Source: Wolbachia endosymbiont strain TRS of Brugia malayi (GTDB lineage: Bacteria; Pseudomonadota; Alphaproteobacteria; Rickettsiales; Anaplasmataceae). From it: DNA of 32,000 nucleotides. A program made the translations under genes and the position numbers. Shown here in pieces: positions 19,618 through 31,697 of the stretch. A model generated the notes under the pieces. The model ran no database searches. It saw only the letters and a program-made list of their open reading frames with translations, and was not told where the DNA came from. Position 1 is the first letter of the stretch, and each line of letters begins with the position of its first letter. The stretch spans positions 150,001 to 182,000 of the forward strand of contig NC_006833.1 in assembly GCF_000008385.1 (NCBI RefSeq). The letters run 5' to 3'.

Positions 19618-21045
19618 TTAAAAATCAATCAAATCTTCACATGTCTGCTCTTCATAAAAGAAGTTTAACGTTATTGTAGTACCAAGTTTTGCTTCGCTTT
19701 TGATGTTGAAAGTGCCACCCATTAATTCTACTAATTTTTTACTAAGTGGTAATCCAATACCAGTACCTTCATTTCTATATCCTGAATCTGCTTGGCCAAA
19801 AACAGACATAACTTTATATATGTCTTGCTGCATTATCCCTATCCCATTGTCATGAAATTCAATAGTCAATAAGTTTTTTTCTATGTTTTCCTTAATCACC
19901 ATTCTTATTAAACCATCCTTAGGAGTAAACTTGATTGAATTTGATAATAAGTTTATTATAACTTGTTTCATCCTCTTGGGATCTGCGATAACTAGTAATT
20001 GTCTATTAGGTATCTCCTTCTCTAAACTAATCCCGGTTTCTTTTAATTTAGGTGACAGCATATTTAAGCACGAATCTATTATCTTGTTCAGGTTAAACTT
20101 CACTTTTTCTACTGTTAAACTACTTGATTCAGCCTTTGAAAAATCTAATACATCATTAATTAAAGCAAGCAAGTGTGTTCCTGCGTTATATATATCGTCC
20201 ACATACTCCTTGTATTGATAGTTATCCATTGAACCCAAGGTTTCATTTTTGATCAATTCTGCAAATCCAATAATAGCGTTAAGAGGTGTGCGCAGCTCAT
20301 GTGTGACACTTGCGAAAAACTTTAGCTTATTCGTATTCTCTTGCTCTAATGCTTCTTTCATTTGTTGTAATTCAATATTAGTTTTATGTTGCTTGACTAG
20401 CATTTGGGTATTAGAAAAATGCAAGTAAAGCATTACTAATATTAAAATTATTAATAATAATCCTAAAAATGTTAAAAACAGGCTATATACCATAACGTAA
20501 AAGTTGTCGTGGTTTTGAATAATCTTCAAAAAAAATGATGGCTTAGTGTCATTTTCATGAAATATGGGAAAAATAGAAATTAGTGTATGTCCTATAGTGT
20601 AAAATATCTCTTGATTATTTAGTAATTTATCAATTTCATCGTTTGTAAGTAACTGCTCATAATCATGATCTTGAGTGTTAAAGTGACTGAATATTATTCT
20701 ACTATTTTGATCATATAGTATTAAGCCCAGGTCCTTCACTTCACCAACTGATTGTAACAATTCAGCACGCAGTTTTACCAGTTGGTTTATATAATCAAAA
20801 CTTTTGTATTTAATGTGATGTTTTTCTATCAGTAGGTAATGGTACTTTTTTATTATGCTATTTTCCAGTACACTTTTTAAGCTTACACTTGAATCACGGT
20901 AAGAAGAAAGAAAATTATCCCTTAGCGAATAATTACAATATATCACGCTAAATAAAATCACAAAAATTGATGAGAATAATACAATAACTTTTGTATATTT
21001 ATTCGCCTTTAGTGCAGAAAGTATTAATTTACTTATCTTATACAT
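19618..21045 (-). CDS. Membrane sensor histidine kinase (PleC-like)
   Basis: 475 aa. Two TM helices flank an extracytoplasmic region; HisKA box FFASVTHELRTPLNAIIGFAELI, N box QVIINLLSNSIKFTPKDG, G1/G2 DNGIGM.., GTGIGLPLSKKLVELMGG. No receiver domain. Confidence 0.9.
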   Translation of the reverse strand: MYKISKLILSALKANKYTKVIVLFSSIFVILFSVIYCNYSLRDNFLSSYRDSSVSLKSVLENSIIKKYHYLLIEKHHIKYKSFDYINQLVKLRAELLQSVGEVKDLGLILYDQNSRIIFSHFNTQDHDYEQLLTNDEIDKLLNNQEIFYTIGHTLISIFPIFHENDTKPSFFLKIIQNHDNFYVMVYSLFLTFLGLLLIILILVMLYLHFSNTQMLVKQHKTNIELQQMKEALEQENTNKLKFFASVTHELRTPLNAIIGFAELIKNETLGSMDNYQYKEYVDDIYNAGTHLLALINDVLDFSKAESSSLTVEKVKFNLNKIIDSCLNMLSPKLKETGISLEKEIPNRQLLVIADPKRMKQVIINLLSNSIKFTPKDGLIRMVIKENIEKNLLTIEFHDNGIGIMQQDIYKVMSVFGQADSGYRNEGTGIGLPLSKKLVELMGGTFNIKSEAKLGTTITLNFFYEEQTCEDLIDF

Positions 21046-21110
21046 ATCCTTCTCATTGTGAAATAACGGCTTTTATGTTATTAATTTAGAATTCAGCGTA
21101 TCATACTTTT

Positions 21111-22304
21111 ATGACAATTTCTCCTATCTTGCCAGTTTATTCTCCTATTAATATAAATTTTTCTTATGGAAAAGGCATTTACTTATATAATATTGATGGT
21201 AAGCGCTACATAGATTTTCATTCTGGGATAGCTGTCAGTAGCTTAGGTCACACTAATTTGCAATTAACTAGCGTTCTTAATTTGCAAGGAGAAAGGCTAT
21301 GGCATATATCAAATACCTATAATATACCTACTGCTAATAACTTTGCAGAAAAATTAATAAACAACAGTTTTGCTGATACTGTATTTTTCGCAAATTCTGG
21401 ATCAGAGGCAGTAGAGTGCGGGCTAAAGATTGCTAGGGTTTACCAAAATGGAAAAGGTAATAAAAACCGCTATAGAATTTTAACATTTCATGGTGCATTT
21501 CATGGAAGAACCTTCTTAACTTGTGCTACAAACGATAAACGGAAATTTTCTGAATTACTGAATCCCTACATTGACTGGTGTGATAACATCGAGCCCAATA
21601 TCGAAAGCGTAAAGAAAGCAATTTCTAATGATATAGGAGTAATGCTAATAGAACCAATACAAGGACAAGGCGGTATTAAAGTAATGAACGATGCCTTTAT
21701 GAAAGAACTAAGAAAGCTGTGTGATGAGAATGACATATTGCTATTTTTTGATTGCATACAATGTGGTACTGGTAGAACAGGAAAATTATTTGCATACGAA
21801 CATATAGGAGTGAAACCTGATATATGTGCTCTTGCAAAAGGAATAGGAGGCGGTTTTCCATTAGGAGTTTGTCTTGCAACTGAGAAGGCTGCACAATATA
21901 TAACAGTTGGCATGCACGGTTCCACTTTTGGTGGTAATCCACTCGCAACTTCAGTAGGCAATGCTGTACTTGATAAATTACTCAGCCCTGGCTTTCTAGG
22001 AAATGTTGAGATCAGGGGTAAGCATTTAAAAAATAAACTAGAAGACCTGGCAAGTAAATTTCCAATAATAGAAGAAGTAAGAGGGAAGGGGTTGATGCTT
22101 GGAATAAAAGTGAAAATGGATAATCAAAAGTTTGCAGGCGAGCTAAGTCATCGTGGCTTGCTTACTGTTGGAGCAACATCAGATAATGTTGTAAGGATTT
22201 TTCCTCCACTCATTATCACTGAAAAAGAAATTGATGAAGGCATTGAGATTCTGACTCAATATTTGTCTGAGAAATCTTCCGACCCATATCAATATGAAAG
22301 ATAA
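21111..22304 (+). CDS. argD: Acetylornithine/succinyldiaminopimelate aminotransferase family protein
   Basis: 397 aa. [137 protein letters not shown]. Confidence 0.9.
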   Translation: MTISPILPVYSPININFSYGKGIYLYNIDGKRYIDFHSGIAVSSLGHTNLQLTSVLNLQGERLWHISNTYNIPTANNFAEKLINNSFADTVFFANSGSEAVECGLKIARVYQNGKGNKNRYRILTFHGAFHGRTFLTCATNDKRKFSELLNPYIDWCDNIEPNIESVKKAISNDIGVMLIEPIQGQGGIKVMNDAFMKELRKLCDENDILLFFDCIQCGTGRTGKLFAYEHIGVKPDICALAKGIGGGFPLGVCLATEKAAQYITVGMHGSTFGGNPLATSVGNAVLDKLLSPGFLGNVEIRGKHLKNKLEDLASKFPIIEEVRGKGLMLGIKVKMDNQKFAGELSHRGLLTVGATSDNVVRIFPPLIITEKEIDEGIEILTQYLSEKSSDPYQYER

Positions 22305-22800
22305 TTTAGTATGCATGGGAATCATTACTTCTCCTCATGGAATTAAAGGAGCTGTTAAAGTCAAAATTTTCACTGAAAAACCTGAAAATATCTCATTATA
22401 TGGTAAGCTAATAAGTGGTAGTAAGAATTATGACATAGACTCAGTGTCTGTCATAGGTGAAAATTTAGTAATCGCTACAATAAATGGAGTAAATTCTCGC
22501 AACGAAGCAGAGTTTTTAAGAAATAAGAAACTATACGTAGAAAGAAACAAGCTACTAAAGTTAAATGATGAGAATGAATTCTACCAAAGTGATCTTGTAA
22601 ACATGGAAATAAGGCTGGAAAATGACGAATTATATGGCTACATAAAATCTATATATAATTTCGGTTCAGGAGACATATTGGAAATTTCAGTTATCAGTAC
22701 AAAAAAGAACATTATGCTACCATTTACTAAAGAGATATTTCCATATGTAAACATAAAGGAAAGGTATATTACGCTCAATATGCCGGAGTTTATTGGTTAA
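22294..22800 (+). CDS. rimM: 16S rRNA processing protein RimM
   Basis: 168 aa. [102 protein letters not shown]. Overlaps argD by 11 bp. Confidence 0.93.
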   Translation: MKDNLVCMGIITSPHGIKGAVKVKIFTEKPENISLYGKLISGSKNYDIDSVSVIGENLVIATINGVNSRNEAEFLRNKKLYVERNKLLKLNDENEFYQSDLVNMEIRLENDELYGYIKSIYNFGSGDILEISVISTKKNIMLPFTKEIFPYVNIKERYITLNMPEFIG

Positions 22801-22863
22801 TAAAGGCTTTGATATTTATATAAAAGCCATTTATAATCGTAAGATCAAACTGAAAATGTAATT

Positions 22864-23430
22864 ATGGCAGAAAGAGCTAATGATATCCGGCCAGGTCAAG
22901 TGTTGGAACATAATGGTGGATTATTTTTGGTTGTAAGTATCATGCATACTCAACCCGGTAAAGGTGGTGCATACATACAAGCCGAAATGAAAAACATCAA
23001 AACCGGAGCAAAACTCTACGAAAGGTTCCGTTCTGATGCAACAATTAGAAGGGCAATTTTAGATGAGGAAGAATATATTTATCTCTTTACTGAAGGAAAT
23101 ATTGTGAATCTTATGCATCCAAGTAACTACGAGCAGATCACTATAAATTTGGACTTATTGGAAGAAAAAAAGATTTATTTACAGGATAATATGAGAATTA
23201 AGGTAGTAACCTACCAAGATAAAATAATCTTTGCGCATGTGCCAGATTATGTAAGATTGACTGTAAAAGAAACAGAGTCTTTTATTAAAGGGCAGACTAT
23301 TACTTCCTCTTATAAACCAGCAGTTTTGGAAAATGGAATGCGCATTAATGTTCCTCAATTTATAAAAGAAGAGGACAAAATTGTAGTATATACTCCAGAT
23401 GATAGCTATTACGAAAGAGTGAAAGAGTAA
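22864..23430 (+). CDS. efp: Translation elongation factor P
   Basis: 188 aa. RPGQVLEHNGGLFLVVSIMHTQPGKGGAYIQAEMKNIKTGAKLYERFRSDATIRRAILDEEEYIYLFTEGNIVNLMHPSNYEQ. Confidence 0.97.
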   Translation: MAERANDIRPGQVLEHNGGLFLVVSIMHTQPGKGGAYIQAEMKNIKTGAKLYERFRSDATIRRAILDEEEYIYLFTEGNIVNLMHPSNYEQITINLDLLEEKKIYLQDNMRIKVVTYQDKIIFAHVPDYVRLTVKETESFIKGQTITSSYKPAVLENGMRINVPQFIKEEDKIVVYTPDDSYYERVKE

Positions 23431-23438
23431 AAGGAAGA

Positions 23439-24137
23439 ATGTCCATTTCATCACCAAGGATTAACGTGATGCTTGATTCTGTGCGCAGTGCTTCTAAGCA
23501 GCTTATGCGTGATTTCAATGAATTGCAAATTTCCAATGTTAAGTCAGCAGACTTTATCAATAAAACTTACTCAAGATCTAAGCAAACTATATACAATTGC
23601 TTGCATGATTACAAACAAGACTATGGTTTCATCTTTGAAGACGATATTGATCAAGAAGCAAAAGAGAAGGATTATACTTGGTTTATCATGCCTATAGAGG
23701 GCAGGGAAAATTTTTCTAGTCGCATGGTTTATTTTGCAGTATCAGTTTGTCTTGTTCACAAAAATAAAGTTGTGGCAGCTGTAGTTAATACTCCTGCTCT
23801 TAGAGAAACTTTTTGGGCAGAAGAAAAGAAAGGGGCTTTTCTTGAAGACTTTAGATCTCGTCATATAAAAATGAGAATGAAAAGTCATGAAGGGAGTTTA
23901 ATAGATGTAAGTGGTAATTTGTTAAATAAATTACTTCCAGGTAACAGTAATATACGTTCTGTCGGCTCAACAGTTTTAGGTTTTACATACCTTGCTGCAG
24001 GAAGATACAGTGGAATAGTCTACTCTGGAGTTAACAAATATAAGGCTTTGCTAGGTAGACTTCTTCTCCAAGAAAGCGCTGGCAGACTAACGGAAGACAA
24101 TGGATTTATCATTGCTGGAGATGTTAAGCTAACATAA
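23439..24137 (+). CDS. suhB: Inositol monophosphatase family protein (SuhB-like)
   Basis: 232 aa. [98 protein letters not shown]. Active-site motifs are diverged (PIEG rather than PLDG). Confidence 0.8.
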   Translation: MSISSPRINVMLDSVRSASKQLMRDFNELQISNVKSADFINKTYSRSKQTIYNCLHDYKQDYGFIFEDDIDQEAKEKDYTWFIMPIEGRENFSSRMVYFAVSVCLVHKNKVVAAVVNTPALRETFWAEEKKGAFLEDFRSRHIKMRMKSHEGSLIDVSGNLLNKLLPGNSNIRSVGSTVLGFTYLAAGRYSGIVYSGVNKYKALLGRLLLQESAGRLTEDNGFIIAGDVKLT

Positions 24138-25331
24138 ACAAGCTACAGAAACAGACAATTTCACAAAAACTTTTATAAGCGACTCTGTTAAATGTTCTAT
24201 CATTTCATCGGTATGATAAGGTGTAGGAGTAATGCGAAAACGCTCAGTTCCTCTTGGAACCGTCGGGTAATTTATATGTTGAACATATACTCCATACTCA
24301 TCAAATAATAATTTTGATGCCCTTTTGGATAACTCTGGATCGCCAATTATTATTGGAATTATATGAGTTTCTGTTGGAATAAAATTAATTCCCACACTGC
24401 TCAGCGAGTTTTTTACTTTTTCAACAACTTGTCTTTGCTTTTCCCTTTCAACATTGCTTGATTTTAGATGTTCAACGCTTGCCTTTGCCGCTGCTGCTAA
24501 AACAGGCGACATAGCAGTAGTGAAAATGAATCCTGGAGCAGAACTTCTTATTACATCCACCAAGCTCTTTGAAGACGCTATATATCCACCCATTACTCCA
24601 AACGCTTTTGATAATGTACCTTGAATAACGGTCACTCTGTCCATTAGACCTTCTCTTTCCGCAATTCCACCACCGCGTAGACCATACATGCCAATTGCGT
24701 GTACCTCATCCAAGTAGGTAATTGCATTATATTGATCTGCCAGGTTACATATTTCTCTTAGCGGTGCTATATCGCCATCCATTGAATATATGGACTCAAA
24801 CGCTATTATTTTTGGCGTTTTTCTGTCTACAGACTTTAACAATTGTTCTAAGTGGTCAACATTATTATGCTTAAATATATGTTTCGGTCTTTTTCCTGAT
24901 TTTATGCCTTCTATCATCGAAGAATGGTTTTTCTCATCTGAAAAAATTACTACATCAGGAATAACAGACGATAAAGTGCTAAGTGTAGTTTGATTAGCAA
25001 GGTAGCCACAAGCAAAAGTTAAAGCAGCCTCCTTGTTATGCAAACAAGCTAGTGATTGTTCTAGTTCGACAACTTCTTTCGTTGTACCAGATATATTTCT
25101 TGTTCCCCCTGCACCAACTGACGAATTTTGAATAGCGGCAACAACACTCTCATTTTGTGACATCCCCAAGTAGTTATTACTGCACCAAACGATGACTTCC
25201 CTATTTCTTTCACAATCCATAATATAGGGAAGCCTGCCAGGCAACGACGCAAAATGCGTGAATTCACGATAGCGCCCTTCTTCTTTTATATCTTTGATTT
25301 TGTTTAAGAATATTTCTTCGTAGTCTACCAA
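24129..25331 (-). CDS. hemA: 5-aminolevulinate synthase
   Basis: 400 aa. [102 protein letters not shown]. Overlaps the 3' end of the suhB-like gene by 9 bp (convergent). Confidence 0.96.
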   Translation of the reverse strand: MVDYEEIFLNKIKDIKEEGRYREFTHFASLPGRLPYIMDCERNREVIVWCSNNYLGMSQNESVVAAIQNSSVGAGGTRNISGTTKEVVELEQSLACLHNKEAALTFACGYLANQTTLSTLSSVIPDVVIFSDEKNHSSMIEGIKSGKRPKHIFKHNNVDHLEQLLKSVDRKTPKIIAFESIYSMDGDIAPLREICNLADQYNAITYLDEVHAIGMYGLRGGGIAEREGLMDRVTVIQGTLSKAFGVMGGYIASSKSLVDVIRSSAPGFIFTTAMSPVLAAAAKASVEHLKSSNVEREKQRQVVEKVKNSLSSVGINFIPTETHIIPIIIGDPELSKRASKLLFDEYGVYVQHINYPTVPRGTERFRITPTPYHTDEMIEHLTESLIKVFVKLSVSVACLC

Positions 25332-25685
25332 GTTTTTATCTATTAATAATCAATACAATTATAATAAGTTATTCAATGGTAGACTACTATATTTATTCCC
25401 TAGTTTACTATTGTACAGCAACTCCCTCTTTAACAAAGAGATCGACTTTACCTTCTTTTTAAAGCAAACTTAAAGGCTCATTATAATAGTATATAATTAC
25501 AGCAGCAATTAGACACAACAAGCTGCAACTAATATTTTCACTGCCAACATCTCTAAGTGATAAGATCTGAAGAGTCATCACTAAGCTCACCATCATCTAT
25601 TATAAAACTCTGTGATAAAATTAGCAATGAAAAGGATTTAAATAGTGATGAAGGCGGTAGTAAACTTTATTTACCATCTTTACTT

Positions 25686-28654
25686 TCAAGTTGACCAATT
25701 ACTATCCCACATATTTGCTGTAGTTACCACAGGCCCTTCAGTTGTATGTACATTGTCAATATTTGAAGAAATACTAGATAATGGCACTGAATTTCCCGGC
25801 TATATATTTTGCATACTGCTGTTACTTTCGAGTGCGGAATCCTCCTTAACTATATCCTCAGAAGAAATTTCAACACAGTCACTATTGCTATTTTCAGTAT
25901 CACTTTTAGGTAATTTGACGAAACTTGAAGAACTGCCATTGCTCCCAGCATCATTCGCAGAACGCTTTTATGAAAGTCGTGGTGAATCCCGCAGATCGGG
26001 TTTACTGCCAAGCTCTAACTTATCATCTATTTGCAATATCACCTGTTCAGTAGGCTTACCAGTAGCTGGTTTTTTCTTTTTACTACTTGTAGTAGCACCA
26101 ACATCTTCATCATCCACTGATGATGCAGCAATATTATCACCTATGTTCTTAAGCTTTTCTTCAAGAAATTCTCTAATCTTATAAGCTCCTTTTAGATTTC
26201 TTATCTTTCTTATCAACCTCTACCTGATGCAGCTTCTTCTAAAGCTTTACTTAAAATAAGTTGTATTATATCATCGCTCCTTGTTTCACTAAACGTTTCA
26301 CTTTTTTGAAATTGGTATTCTAGATAGCATCAGACAGTCTTTCTTTTATGCTTTTCGTATTTTAATCATCACTATGCATTTTGCTTCCCTCATGGTTATT
26401 GCCTATAGGCTTCTCCTTTTGAAGCACCTTCATTGTTCACAATATTTTTTCTGCTAGCAGCCGTCAGCACTTTTGGGCTCTGGGCTTTGCAATTGTTCAT
26501 CATCCGCCTCATCCACTGCTTGGTTTAGGGTTGCAGGTTTATCTACTAAGTCACTATCAAGTTGCATATTATTAAATTTACCCTCAAGAAAGCCTAATAT
26601 TTTAGTAAGAACTTGCTTCTCACTTTCCAATCCACCTGGATATTCACTTATATGACTTTTATGTTTCACGTAGTATTTTGCATGTTCTATAATTTCTTCA
26701 GTTATAACAGTATCTTTACTCACAAAAAATTTTACTATTTCAAAACTAGTTGTTGCAATAGCTTCTTTAAGTTCCTCCTCACAATAGCTCCCCTTTCAAG
26801 AAGTAATCTTTAACTACTTCCCATGTCTGACCGTTCTTGTATACTCTATCTCTTTGGATAGCCGAGGATAAGTGAGTATTATAACCGTTCTGGATTTCAA
26901 TATTAGCACTAATATCATGATTGAACAGAAGTATTAGAAAGTTCAAATCACTATTTGTAATAGCCCTGCTTAAAGGTGTCTTATCGCTATTCTTAGTATT
27001 AATATCAACACCTTTTACAAGAAGCTTTTTAGCTGTGTCATAATTTCTATTTTCAATAGCATAATACAAAGGTGTTTTACTATTTAAAGCTTTAAGGATT
27101 TTGTAATCTCTGACTCATTAGTAGGCAGTGTGTCACTTTCACGACTTGATTTTGGCCTTGTTCCTATCAAATCTAAAGCTGTCTTACCATTTTGATCTTT
27201 AATATTCCAATCAGCTCCCTCTTTCACAAGCAGTTTCATTATTTCAAACTTACCATTGTAGGCAGCCCAACGTAAAGCTGTTTTACCATATTCCCTATCT
27301 TTATATCAACCTCAACACCATTCTTAATAAGCAAGCTTACTAAATTATCGCGTGTTACAGCATAATGCAAAAGTGTATTTTCTAAATTGTCTATACTATT
27401 AATATAAACAACTTCATGGTTAATAATAATCTTTGTTACATTAAATTTACCACAGTGAATCACAAAATGTAAAGGGATCGAGCTATAGCCTGGGTAAATA
27501 TAATCAAAGTTTAATATTTTGAAGTAATTCCAGTACTTTAATCATACATTCCATATTTTTAATAGACAACGCTCTCTCTAATATAGAGAACACTTCAAAA
27601 TATTCCTTTGCATTACCTAACTTATTTCTTAAATCTTTTAATAAAATATCAATATATACTTGTCCACTAACACTAATAAGTAGCCTACCTAAATCTTCAT
27701 CTTTGCATGAATAATATATCCTTATTTGCATTTGCATACTTTTCTACAAGTGAATCATCAGCTGCAATTGCTAATAGTACAAGTTTTTTCACTGAATAAT
27801 AACTTCTACCATTTTCCTCGTTAAAAATTTTGCTTACCAGCATTTCATGCATAGATCTATGATGATCTGTTCGTGCTGTTAAATTAAGTTATTCAGAGCA
27901 AAAATTCCTCAAATTATCACGATCAAAATCAGTGACAGTTCTATCATCTTTCTTACCTTCTCTTATACTATTTATAACTTTATCTAAATCCGTGTAATTA
28001 TTATGATTTTTTGCTTTATTTATGACATCTACTAACTCATCAAAGGTAAAACTTTCAGCGATGATAGAAAACTCCTCAATATCATGTCTTAGTTCTACAT
28101 TACTTTTGGTCTTGGGGCCACACCCAATCAGTTGCCATCCCTATAGGAACTTCTACAATACCTGCTAATGTGCCTACAACATTGTTAACAATACCCTGGA
28201 TCAGCAACTGCTCTTCTGTTGTACCACCATACTCTGTGCTATCAAGTATTTGTACTGGAGCATCATCATCTTTATTGATAATAGATGAACCATCGACATT
28301 TAAATCTTCCGGATTTATAATAAATGACTTAAGGCCATCAGCAATTTTGTCCACAAGGCATTCAACAACTTCATTATCAGTATCTTTAAAATGTTCATTG
28401 ATATCACCTAGTAAACTTTTGCCATTGGCTTTGCAATTCTTTAATTGCTCAGGAATAGTGAGTGTTACTTTACTGTTTTTATACTCTACTTTACCATTTT
28501 GAAATTTAAGTGTGAATTCTAGCTTACTACTAGATTTGTATTGTTCCAATTGTTCTGGATCTAAATTTTTTACAACTATAACATCACTATATTCAACACT
28601 TACAGAATCTGCACTATTATAACAAAGATTTATCATTTTTTCAGGAATTGTCAT
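25686..28654 (-). pseudogene. Ankyrin-repeat protein gene broken by multiple frameshifts
   Basis: Ordered reverse-strand fragments: MTIPEKMINLCYNSADSVSVEYSDVIVV...GMATDWVWPQ / GPKTKSNVELRHDIEEFSIIAESFTFDELVDVINKAKNHNNYTDLDKVINSIREG... / MHEMLVSKIFNEENGRSYYSVKKLVLLAIAADDSLVEKY... / NLENTLLHYAVTRDNLVSLLIKNGVEVDIK / YGKTALRWAAYNGKFEIMKLLVKEGADWNIKDQNGKTALDLI / SKTPLYYAIENRNYDTAKKLLVKGVDINTKNSDKTPLSRAITNSDLNFLILLFNHDI / ITEEIIEHAKYYVKHK... / IRKIRNLKGAYKIREFLEEKLKNIGDNIAASSVDDEDVG... / ...VHTTEGPVVTTANMWDSNWST*. Ankyrin consensus elements are present in three or more fragments. Confidence 0.85.
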
Positions 28655-28687
28655 TATTAAATAATATTGAGCAAGTATAAGCTAAAT

Positions 28688-29135
28688 TTATTCATATATT
28701 GCAAATTCATATCCCGCTTGATTGCAATTGATAACTAATTTTTCCAGTATACGGTTATTTGGAACTTCTGCTTTAGCATATTCAAACATTCCTGTAAAAA
28801 CTCTCTTAGCAAACAGGCGGTAATCTTCGCTTCCATTTGGAATTAAGTAATTGTTCTCACCATATAATCTGATAATATACTCTTTATCTACTATTTTTCC
28901 ATTAATCATAAAATTCATTCTGTTCAAGTCAAATCGTGCTTGCTTGCCAGAATTTGCATTTTTATTATCCTTATTTACCTTTACTCTACTGAGCAAAGAT
29001 TGTGTTAGTTGAAATTCTAACGTAATTGCTGTGCTAGAACCTTGATCAGGTTAATCTTTGTAATGGTAATGTTCTTTAATTTCAGCTGTTCCTTGATTTA
29101 TACCTACTTTCTCCCAGCTTGAATCCAGAGAATTT
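28688..29135 (-). pseudogene. Hypothetical protein remnant with in-frame stop
   Basis: Reverse frame: NSLDSSWEKVGINQGTAEIKEHYHYKD* (TAA at 29051-29053), then PDQGSSTAITLEFQLTQSLLSRVKVNKDNKNANSGKQARFDLNRMNFMINGKIVDKEYIIRLYGENNYLIPNGSEDYRLFAKRVFTGMFEYAKAEVPNNRILEKLVINCNQAGYEFAIYE*. Confidence 0.5.
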
Positions 29136-29188
29136 GTTGATTAGTCATATTTACCACTCACTATAAATTAGCCTAATTTAGAATAGCA

Positions 29189-31102
29189 CTAAATTATAAC
29201 TTTGCCAAGCAAGTTATTTAACTTCTTAGCAAACAGGCTTGCGTCGTCCATCTCTTCGCCCTCCACTATGCAAGCTTGATAAAACAATAGGTGGACCATA
29301 TCTTCCAATGTCGGGTTTTCACCGTTCTCAGCGTAAGATTTTATTATGCTTTTTATTACAGAATGCTTAGTGTTGACCTCAAGCACCTTTGGTGTGCGGT
29401 AATTTAGCTGATTTTGTTCGCGTAAAAAACGCTCCATTCTAAGATCCATAGCACCCTCATCAACTGCTAGACATACAGGACTATCAGTCAATTTTTTAGA
29501 AATTTTTACGCTTTTCACTGCATTACCAAGAACTTTGGTGAAATACTGCAATATAGAATCCGTATTTCCCTCAGCCCTTTCTTCATCTGATTTATTCTCT
29601 TTATCCTTTTCCTCCGGAGAGAATTTTTCCAGATCAACATCCGCACGAGTCACAGACTTAAATTTTTGACCTTTATATTCATGAATCACACTAGTCCAGA
29701 AATCATCTACTGGATCAACAAACAGAAGAACCTCCAGTCCTTTGCTGATAAATCCTTCAAGTTGTGGACTATTTTTTACTGAATCAAGGCTGTTTCCAGT
29801 TAGATAATAGATATAGCCCTGCTCAGGCTTCATTCTGCTTATATAGTCGTCAATGCTGACTAATTTTTTATCACCAGTGCTATGGAACCTGCAAATTGAG
29901 AGCAGCGCTTCTCTTTCCTCAGTTGGCATAGCTTCACAGAGACCCTCTTTTAATACCGCACCAAAATTGGTCCAGAATTTCGTGTATTCCTCTAAATTCT
30001 CTTTTGCCTTCTTACCGAGCTCTGATATCACACGCTTAGTGAGGGATTTTCTGATTTGCTCAACAACACGATTATTCTGCAGTGTTTCTCTGCTGATATT
30101 AAGGGGCAAATCTGGTGAATCGACAACACCTTTCAAGAAACGTAAGTATTGTGGTATGATTTGTACATTATCTTCAGTAATAAACACCTTATTTACATAT
30201 AATTTTACAGAGCAACGTCTATCTGGGTGAAACAAATCGAAGGGTTTAATAGAGGGAACATAAAGCAAATTTGTATATTCTATCGCCCCTTCATTTTTAT
30301 TATGCAATATCATCCAAGGCTCTCCGCCAACATGTGCAACACCACGGAAAAAATCATTATGCTCCTCTTGAGTAACGTCATTTTTTAGCTTAGTCCAAAT
30401 TGCAGCCTTGCTGTTTAGTTTTTCACTTTTTCCTTCTTCATCTATAAATTCAACAGGAAAATTTATGTGATCCGAATAGGTAGTAACAATGTTTTCAATG
30501 CGAAATTTGTCTAAAAACTCATTCTCTTCAGGACGCATAACCAAGGTAATTTTCGTTCCACAAGGGATTTGATTATCCAACTTACTGATTGAATATTCTC
30601 CATCTCCTGTAGATCTCCAGACCCAAGATTCCTCTTCCCCTGCCTTTCGAGATTCAACTATCACCTCTGAGGCAACCATGAAGCTTGAGTAAAACCCGAC
30701 ACCAAATTTTCCGATCAGTTCTACAGCTTGGCTTGAATCTTTGCTATTCTTAATTGCATCCAAGAACTTTTGCGTACCAGAGCTCGCAATTGTACCGAGA
30801 TTACCTATTAAATCCTGTCTGCTCATCCCTATTCCATTGTCGGTTACATACAGCTCATTCTCATCTTTGTTAGAGCTAATAGTGATTTTTAACTCACCAC
30901 TTGAATCTAGCAAATTAGGGTTTAGTTGAGATTCATAGCGCAATTTATCGCATGCATCTGATGCATTTGATACCAACTCACGCAGAAAAATATCTTTATT
31001 AGTATAAAGTGAATGAATTACTATATTCAGTACTTTTCCTACCTCAGCATCAAATTTTAAATTTTCAGTTCCTTTTACATTATGCATTTTGAGCTCCATC
31101 AT
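29189..31102 (-). CDS. htpG: Molecular chaperone HtpG (Hsp90)
   Basis: 637 aa. [124 protein letters not shown]. Confidence 0.98.
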   Translation of the reverse strand: MMELKMHNVKGTENLKFDAEVGKVLNIVIHSLYTNKDIFLRELVSNASDACDKLRYESQLNPNLLDSSGELKITISSNKDENELYVTDNGIGMSRQDLIGNLGTIASSGTQKFLDAIKNSKDSSQAVELIGKFGVGFYSSFMVASEVIVESRKAGEEESWVWRSTGDGEYSISKLDNQIPCGTKITLVMRPEENEFLDKFRIENIVTTYSDHINFPVEFIDEEGKSEKLNSKAAIWTKLKNDVTQEEHNDFFRGVAHVGGEPWMILHNKNEGAIEYTNLLYVPSIKPFDLFHPDRRCSVKLYVNKVFITEDNVQIIPQYLRFLKGVVDSPDLPLNISRETLQNNRVVEQIRKSLTKRVISELGKKAKENLEEYTKFWTNFGAVLKEGLCEAMPTEEREALLSICRFHSTGDKKLVSIDDYISRMKPEQGYIYYLTGNSLDSVKNSPQLEGFISKGLEVLLFVDPVDDFWTSVIHEYKGQKFKSVTRADVDLEKFSPEEKDKENKSDEERAEGNTDSILQYFTKVLGNAVKSVKISKKLTDSPVCLAVDEGAMDLRMERFLREQNQLNYRTPKVLEVNTKHSVIKSIIKSYAENGENPTLEDMVHLLFYQACIVEGEEMDDASLFAKKLNNLLGKVII

Positions 31103-31240
31103 TTGCCTACTACCCTAATGATTTAAGTATTGAACTATGACCTTTCAAGGTCACATACACCAAAATTAATGCAGCTATAATTATTGTGATACCCAATCTA
31201 TAGAATTTCCTTGCATAACAAACTTGCGGCAGCACGTTAA

Positions 31241-31697
31241 AAAAACTACTTGACAAACCTCGCTAGCCCCCTTATCCCGATACTGGAGGTATTAAGTTAC
31301 CTTCAATCTGTGCAGATTAAAATAATAAAGTGTTATATAGTTAGCATCTTATGTTTAATTTTTTGCACTATATGTACCTTATGTCTTCACAATATTTCTA
31401 ATTTTTTACCTATATAAGTTGAAACTCGCTTATAAAGCGTTTAGGACAGTATAATATACTAATTTGCAGGATTAGAGAGTAAATACTATCACCATAATAT
31501 ATCTTTTGCCTTTTTTTTGCCTAGTAAATTTCTAAAACATTTATGACTAAAGGTTAGTTGCAATAAAAAACAACTAAGTCGCGATTACTAAGTATTTAAA
31601 ACATAAAAAAACGCTAGTGTTTTTAAATAGATATTAACTAGGGCTTCTTTTGTCTTTTTCTTACTTGGTGGATTTCTTAAATATTTGTAGCTGAAGC
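31241..31697. repeat. 457-bp intergenic repeat, copy B
   Basis: Direct repeat of 17324-17780 (same orientation, constant 13917-bp offset, no indel). Confidence 0.95.

Noticed and set aside
21566-21961. 131-aa minus-strand ORF inside argD
   Set aside because: Antisense shadow of the argD coding region; proline/serine-rich composition typical of reverse reading.
25645-26184. 179-aa plus-strand ORF
   Set aside because: It is antisense to the reverse-strand C-terminal part of the ankyrin pseudogene (IRKIRNLKGAYKIREFLEEKLKNIGD... / VKLPKSDTENSNSDCVEISSEDIVKEDSALES). The plus translation is low-complexity (Ser/Leu-rich) and typical of a shadow ORF.
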